Origin: Eledone cirrhosa
Lineage: Eukaryota
DNA: 64,000 nucleotides
Reading direction: 5' to 3'
Assembly: GCA_964016885.1 (NCBI GenBank)
Contig: OZ024743.1
Span: 301,196,001 to 301,260,000 of the forward strand
Part shown: positions 58,001-64,000 of the stretch, piece by piece
Numbering within the stretch: position 1 is the first letter of the stretch
Layout: each line of letters opens with the position of its first letter
Program-made: the position numbers and the translations under genes
The notes under the pieces: generated by a model
Seen by the model: only the letters and a program-made list of their open reading frames with translations
Told to the model about the DNA's origin: nothing
Database searches by the model: none

Positions 58001-58549
58001 GGTAAGGCCAAGATTGTTGGCGAATTTTATTATTTGCCTGTCGATAATATACGTGAATATCAAGTATTGGTGCCATTAAAGCAACTCTATCCACCCACTA
58101 CGCCACATTCATAGCCATAGTTCACAACGTTTATCCCTTTCCAATATCTATCTACAGATATAATATTATCTAAAGAAAATGTCAAGTCAATCATCAAACA
58201 TACATTGTTAACAATTCTACTATATTATATCGGACATCTGTGATTCTATTTTTACGTCTGGCTGAACGCTAAAATTCCACAAAATTAATGTCAACTTTTT
58301 TCATGTACGAGATGTATTAGCTTCTCCTACTAATACCCTTGATGGTACACATCAAATTACTGGCACATTATGCAATGTCTGTATTAAGGAGCTCTGTCCT
58401 TATTGTCAAGGTATCCTGAAGGAGACAAGAGACTGTACATTTAAATCATATGATATGATCAATGGTCTCTAGTTATTTTATACAAACATGACAATATTCG
58501 TGGCATCCATCCTTTATGATAATTGATTTGTATTTTTCTGCTGGGAGAC

Positions 58550-59950
58550 CCTGGCCTTGCTACGACACAATCAGTCTTACAGTCTCCTATTTCTGCCCAG
58601 AACTTCTAAACCATTAAGATTGGTAGCTTAATTTTAGCGTTTCCAATAGAAAGGCCTCTAATTCTATCTCTCATGAAGCCTCCCCAATTATATTTATCTG
58701 CTTTGGTTTTTCCGTTGTTGTCTTCATGTTATCATGAAGGGAACACCTGGAGTATGTAGTTCATTAGTGTATCTGTCTGACATGTGTAATTCATAAGTAT
58801 GACCTTTTGCTGTTTTCATGTTTGAGAAAAAGATTGAGCATCACATTATTTGTTTCCTTAAAATAGGTAGATAATTCAATTGTTGAAGTTCGGAAAGAAA
58901 CATCTAAGTGAATTTTTGGATGACGTATTCCATTCCGAGGGAGATATATTCTCTCAACATCTGCCTTGTGTGTCGATGATAAATTTCTAATATTTGAATC
59001 AAGTGTACGTATCTCTGCGCTAGGCAAACTGGTTATACTGAAACTGTATGTTACCAACGGAAGAGTTCATCACATCAATTATATTCCTTGAAGGCAGCAC
59101 ATAAGTAATATTTCTTCTTTACATTCTCCCCCATTATCTAGTGTATGTTTGTATCTCCTTCACAAACGCCTAGATGTTTATGCGTTTGTTTAAATTATCT
59201 CATCACTTTGCCCTCATCGAGTCTAATATTCGACGTTTTCTACATCTTTCTTCTAATGAACGTGGCTTTGGCTCATGTATCTTGTCCAAATCCCATTTTA
59301 ATATAACCACTGAACGTGTTGCAATCGATAATATCCTTTGCAATGTCACGTCATTTTTTGCAGGTAACATCAAATCATAAACCTTAAAACCATTATATTA
59401 ATAATGGTTTTAAACTTTGGGACAATTCAATCAACTGAGTAATTTACTTAAGTGATTAAAGGAGTGATTAAAGTCTCATTGTTTTCAAGTAATGTCAACT
59501 TCTCCAGAATTTAGAAATTCGTTTACACTGTTAGAAATAAGTATCATTTTCCAGGATTTCATACTGAATGCCACGATATTGAACACATCTAAACAATTTT
59601 AAATGCAACTGTGTGGTAAACTATCAAATGGTTTGTGTAATCTATCCAGGCAATTGATGTTATTTGTGTATAATATGACAATCGTACAGCAGCATTTTGT
59701 AAAACAAATACTGATTTTTCCACATATGAATTTCTTTTAATCTCTGCTCATTGGGAAACACTTCACTTGATTTCAGGTGATCATACTCGTTTTCATTTGT
59801 GTCCACCAGTCATGAAACCTGTCTCATGTGCATGGTTGATGTGCAAGCTCTTACCCAGTCCCTTGAATCGTCAGTCCCCCTGTATCTTATATTACCACGG
59901 CCCTCAAGTATTTTATGCAACTTTATGCACATCCCAATAATGTCCGGCTG
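58550..59950 (-). mobile_element. Highly degenerate R4/NeSL-like LINE fragment
   Basis: HKADVERIYLPRNG (post-RT motif) and remnant WID...PFDSLPHS RT motif. Confidence 0.6.
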
Positions 59951-61180
59951 GCGTGAACAGATACCGCTCTGCATATTTGACATGTATACATTCCGTTTTC
60001 TAGTATTTTATTTTATCTTATTCTATTTTATTTTATTTTATTGTATGTACGTACACGCATTTTTATATATATGTGCCCCCATGTTATATGTGATTAGTTC
60101 ACGGCTACCACGTAGCTATTGCATTTATGCATATTGTGCATGCACTTTCAGGTTTATATCGCTACATGAATGGGTTGGGTCCAAGCCTCAGGAATGTTGT
60201 CTCATATGATTTTTATGCACCATGTGCACAGTTGCGTGTGTGTGTGTGTGTGGATGTGTAGGTATTCATCAAGCATGGGCTCATTTTCAGATGTATAAAC
60301 ATGACCAGGTGCATGTATGTATGTATGTGTGTCGACGCACATTCACATGCATGCATGTCTGGGTGGATGTACTTGCATGAACATGTCTGTGTAAGTGTAT
60401 GCATGAACATGTCTGTATTTGTAGATCCTCCATTCTTTCATCTGTATATATGAGCAGTCTCTTAAATATATACGCCTTCCTGTGTACAGTGTGTATGTGT
60501 AGATATGTGTATATTTATGAAAAATGCTATTTCAAGCATTCCTTTAAATACGTTCTTTTTACAGAGTTTTTCTTTTTGAAATGTGTATTTTTTAATGTAT
60601 TCTGAGGATGTGTTTTTCGGAAACGTTCTGTTCAATATTTTTCCATTTTTGAAAAAATGATTTCTAAGTATTCGCAACACATGCAATATTTACTGGGATG
60701 TCGCACATAATACAGTTGCGGGTGTGTACGTGATCGTTGTGGGTGAGGGCGCCTACAGGTTGAGAAGGCGGTGACAGGCCGCCAGCGTTTCAATCATACA
60801 AGCCTTTACCTCCTACAGTAGTAATTCCGATCTAAGAAACAACTTTGATTGACATGTGGCGAATGAAAGGAACAAAATATAGGACGGCCATGAGTGGTCA
60901 AAGACCGGGGACGTGTACAATTCTCGACCACTCACAAAATGACAACAGGATTTAAGCTGCCAAGTGAAGGCCGCTGGTGTAACTGGACATTTGAAAACTG
61001 TGCATCGTAAAATGAAAACGTATCTGAGCACCTTGCGATTTCAGAGTCAGTTTCGATCATTACATCGATCGTTCCTCGAGTTGGTCGCCAGAGAAAGGAT
61101 TTTAATATGCCTAATAAATGTTATTCGTCGCAACACTGATTCTCCGTTACTTATGTGATATATATATATATATATATATA

Positions 61181-61317
61181 ATAGGAACGAGTAGGACCCC
61201 GACGGCTGAGTTCAAGCCGTCGGGGTCCTACTCGTTCCTATTACCCACTCTACTACCCTAAGTATTGAGTACTTTGGTGCGTTATGGTCCACCTGGTTCC
61301 TTACCACATTTCCTTCG

Positions 61318-61320
<3 letters not shown>
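61181..61320 (+). mobile_element. Miniature hairpin-plus-tail derivative of the 36-39.7 kb PLE family
   Basis: Perfect hairpin ATAGGAACGAGTAGGACCCCGACGGCT/AGCCGTCGGGGTCCTACTCGTTCCTAT plus 80-nt tail. Confidence 0.9.
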
Positions 61321-61397
<77 letters not shown>

Positions 61398-62138
61398 TGT
61401 GTGTGTGTATATATATATATTTATTTAATGTTGGAAAATGTGTGGAATCGTAGGTATACTTTTCAATAAAGCAAAATAATGCCTGTATTTGTAGTTCTGA
61501 AAAAATTAATTTAATTTTATATTATAATTTTACGAATTGATTTTGAAGAACTAGATCTACAAAACCAAACTGTAAAATTATAATATTGCAAAATTAAATT
61601 AAATTGCTAAGAACTGCAAGTGAATTTATTCTTTTCCTTTTTTAAATACACAGACACAGGCACACACACCCACACACGCACACACACACAATTATATGTA
61701 TATATATAAAGGTGAATTCTAATCTAACGCTAATACCCAAGTAATAAATTTAAATTGTAATTAATATTCAACATATGAATGTGGATATTCCCATTAATGA
61801 GCTGGGGTCAGAAAATGCAATAATTCTGATCATGGAAAAAAGTATTATTATATACTTCATAATATTTGTAAATTTTAGATTTCGTATTGATCATTTAAAA
61901 AAATATATATAATTGAAGCCACTCTCGCAATAGAGCTTTTGACATTTAAAAGAAGGACGGAATACTTAAGCCTCTCAAAAGTATGCATAAAACTAGAAAA
62001 TAATTGGGAGATGTTTAATCAGAAGTGCATGATATAATTATTATATTTGAAGTGGTTTAGCAGAAACAAAATTACATTTAATTGGAAGAGAATTATGAAT
62101 ATAAATAAATATATAAAGATATATATATATATATATAT

Positions 62139-62290
62139 ATAGGAAAATGTTCAAGACCCCGACGGCAGGGCTCAAGCCGTTTTGACGACTATTTCTGGTC
62201 TAGATTCCTATTACCCACTCAACTACCCAAAGTATTGAGTACTCTGGTGCGTTATGGTCCGCCTGATACCTCACCACATTTCCTTCGTTA
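62139..62290 (+). mobile_element. Miniature derivative of the same family
   Basis: ATAGGAA start, inverted hammerhead remnant, TTCCTATTACCCACTC...CCTTCGTTA tail, in (TA)n. Confidence 0.85.
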
Positions 62291-62301
62291 TATATATATG
62301 T

Positions 62302-62367
<66 letters not shown>

Positions 62368-63432
62368 GGATTAACAAATAATAGTTAAATGCAGTCCACT
62401 TAGGTGAAGTCCAGTTATGGAATTACAGGTAGTGGATGATATTAACGCTTGGCTTGGTTTGACTCAACAAGGCGTTTTCATAGTGATGCTGCGGGTATGC
62501 TGTAACTCCTATGTTGTAAACACTTGGAGTAATAATAAATCAGGAAAGAAGGTTTACATGGTTTGCTATACAAAAAAGTTTTTAATCACATAGCTTACAT
62601 TTGTTTCACTGAGCTGGTATGTCTAGAGATCGCTATCCGCCTAATTTTGCGTCACTCGATCGCCAATACAGAATTATAACCAGTCAGATCTTCGGAGCAT
62701 GCGAGAATGAAGAAAATACACAGGCAAGAAAATAAAAGAAAATATGGAGTAGTTATGGCATTCAATTAGAACAATAACAACAACAATTATTACAACAATG
62801 CTATCAATAAACTATTTAAGGAGACCCTGACATTATTTAGGTGGGGGGTATATACTGCATCTAATGTTACGGCGTGAAAACCAGCTGTCATAAGGCAAAA
62901 AGAATCGTAGTGTGTATCAATTTAAATTATAAAGATAAGCTAGTTTTTACAGTCTTTCTCTTCATCTTCAACAGTATACATGAGTGGGACCACTGTCAAA
63001 GCTCAATAGTTGTAGAGTTAATACAGAGGTTAACGAATTAATATACGCATATATCTACACACACACACACACACGCACACATATATATATATATATATAA
63101 ATATAAATATATATACACATATATGTGTACATAGACACATACATACACATTAATATACACTCGTACAAAAATATACATACATGCAAAGAGAAAAGCGTGC
63201 TAATTGTTATATGGCAAAAAGAAGGTAAAGTAACATTGTAGTAGTGAAATGAGAAAAACTAGGATCTAGGATCAAATGATTGCAGCAGCTGAGAAGGAGT
63301 AAGATTGTTGGTAGATGAGGTATTTACAGACAATTGTGTGGTATAGACTTGTGAAGGAAATAGTATACTTAATGAATATATTTCTGTGGGTAGTAGGTAT
63401 CCTAATTTAAAGCTATGTTATGTTGGTTCGAT

Positions 63433-63870
63433 TCACGGAGGTTTGAATCTTATGAATTTAGTGGCTATTCTATGTCTGCAGAAGATAGATCTTTCTAACT
63501 TATTATTAAGTAGCCTTTTAACATTTCTAAGGATATACAATAGCTCAAGATCACACAGCCCGCAATAGGACATACCTGTACTATAGGTTTTAGCAGCCGA
63601 CAACTTCGACCAGTTGATAGTGTAGCTAGCGTTGCTGTCCTTCAATTCCCATATTTTTCTGGCGAGGGTGGTGGAACCCATAAGAGCTCGGTTTTTCATC
63701 GAGTGTCTGTGCACATACCATCTTTTCTTAAAAGAACCCGCGGTGGATCCTATATAATTCCAAGTGGAGTTACCCGAGATGACAGTGCACATGTACACCA
63801 GGCTCGAATCGAGACATCTGTTCGCCAATGGGCACCTATCTGGGAGGTGACAGTTGCAGTTTGAGGCGCT
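63433..63870 (-). pseudogene. Naiad-type PLE linker plus GIY-YIG endonuclease (element continues past the window end)
   Basis: CNCHLPDRCPLANRC (CxCx5Cx5C), LVYMC...NYIGSTAGSFKKRWYVH, CGLCDLEL, LLNNKLERSIFCRH. Confidence 0.9.
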
Positions 63871-64000
63871 ATTAAGTGCAGCTTTTACATTCCTATTTAG
63901 TACCCTGTTATAAGTGGGTTGTGATATATGCCCAATGGGGTTTTGCTGCTGCGCGTTTGTATGCGCTTGTGGTTGTGATGTTGTGATGAGTTTGTGCTTA

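Overview
AT-rich, repeat-dominated eukaryotic DNA; the SINE families and dense (TA)n/(TG)n tracts suggest a cephalopod (Octopus-like) genome, which is inference. Nearly all ORFs in the track are microsatellite artefacts. The one clear host coding segment is a minus-strand exon (40157-40361) encoding the IGFBP domain of a CCN-family protein, so most of the window is probably intron or flank of that gene. The rest is transposons: many Penelope-like elements (PLEs, mostly Naiad-type with a CxCx5Cx5C linker plus GIY-YIG nuclease, one Neptune-type) sitting in (TA)n, R4-like and RTE-like LINEs, tRNA-derived SINEs and two non-autonomous Helitrons. The most notable signals: (1) about 20 minimal type-I hammerhead ribozyme motifs from several PLE families, with recurrent non-canonical cores (U3-A8, GCAA in place of GAAA, U10.1/U11.1 mismatch, a tandem GUG+GUA pair); (2) a recurring asymmetric-palindrome insertion architecture, from ~60 bp to ~4.8 kb, in which the inverted arm stops before a 60-95 nt 3' tail; (3) a shared GAGTRCT motif 18-24 nt into that tail in otherwise dissimilar families. 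Everything was read by eye, so boundaries are approximate.
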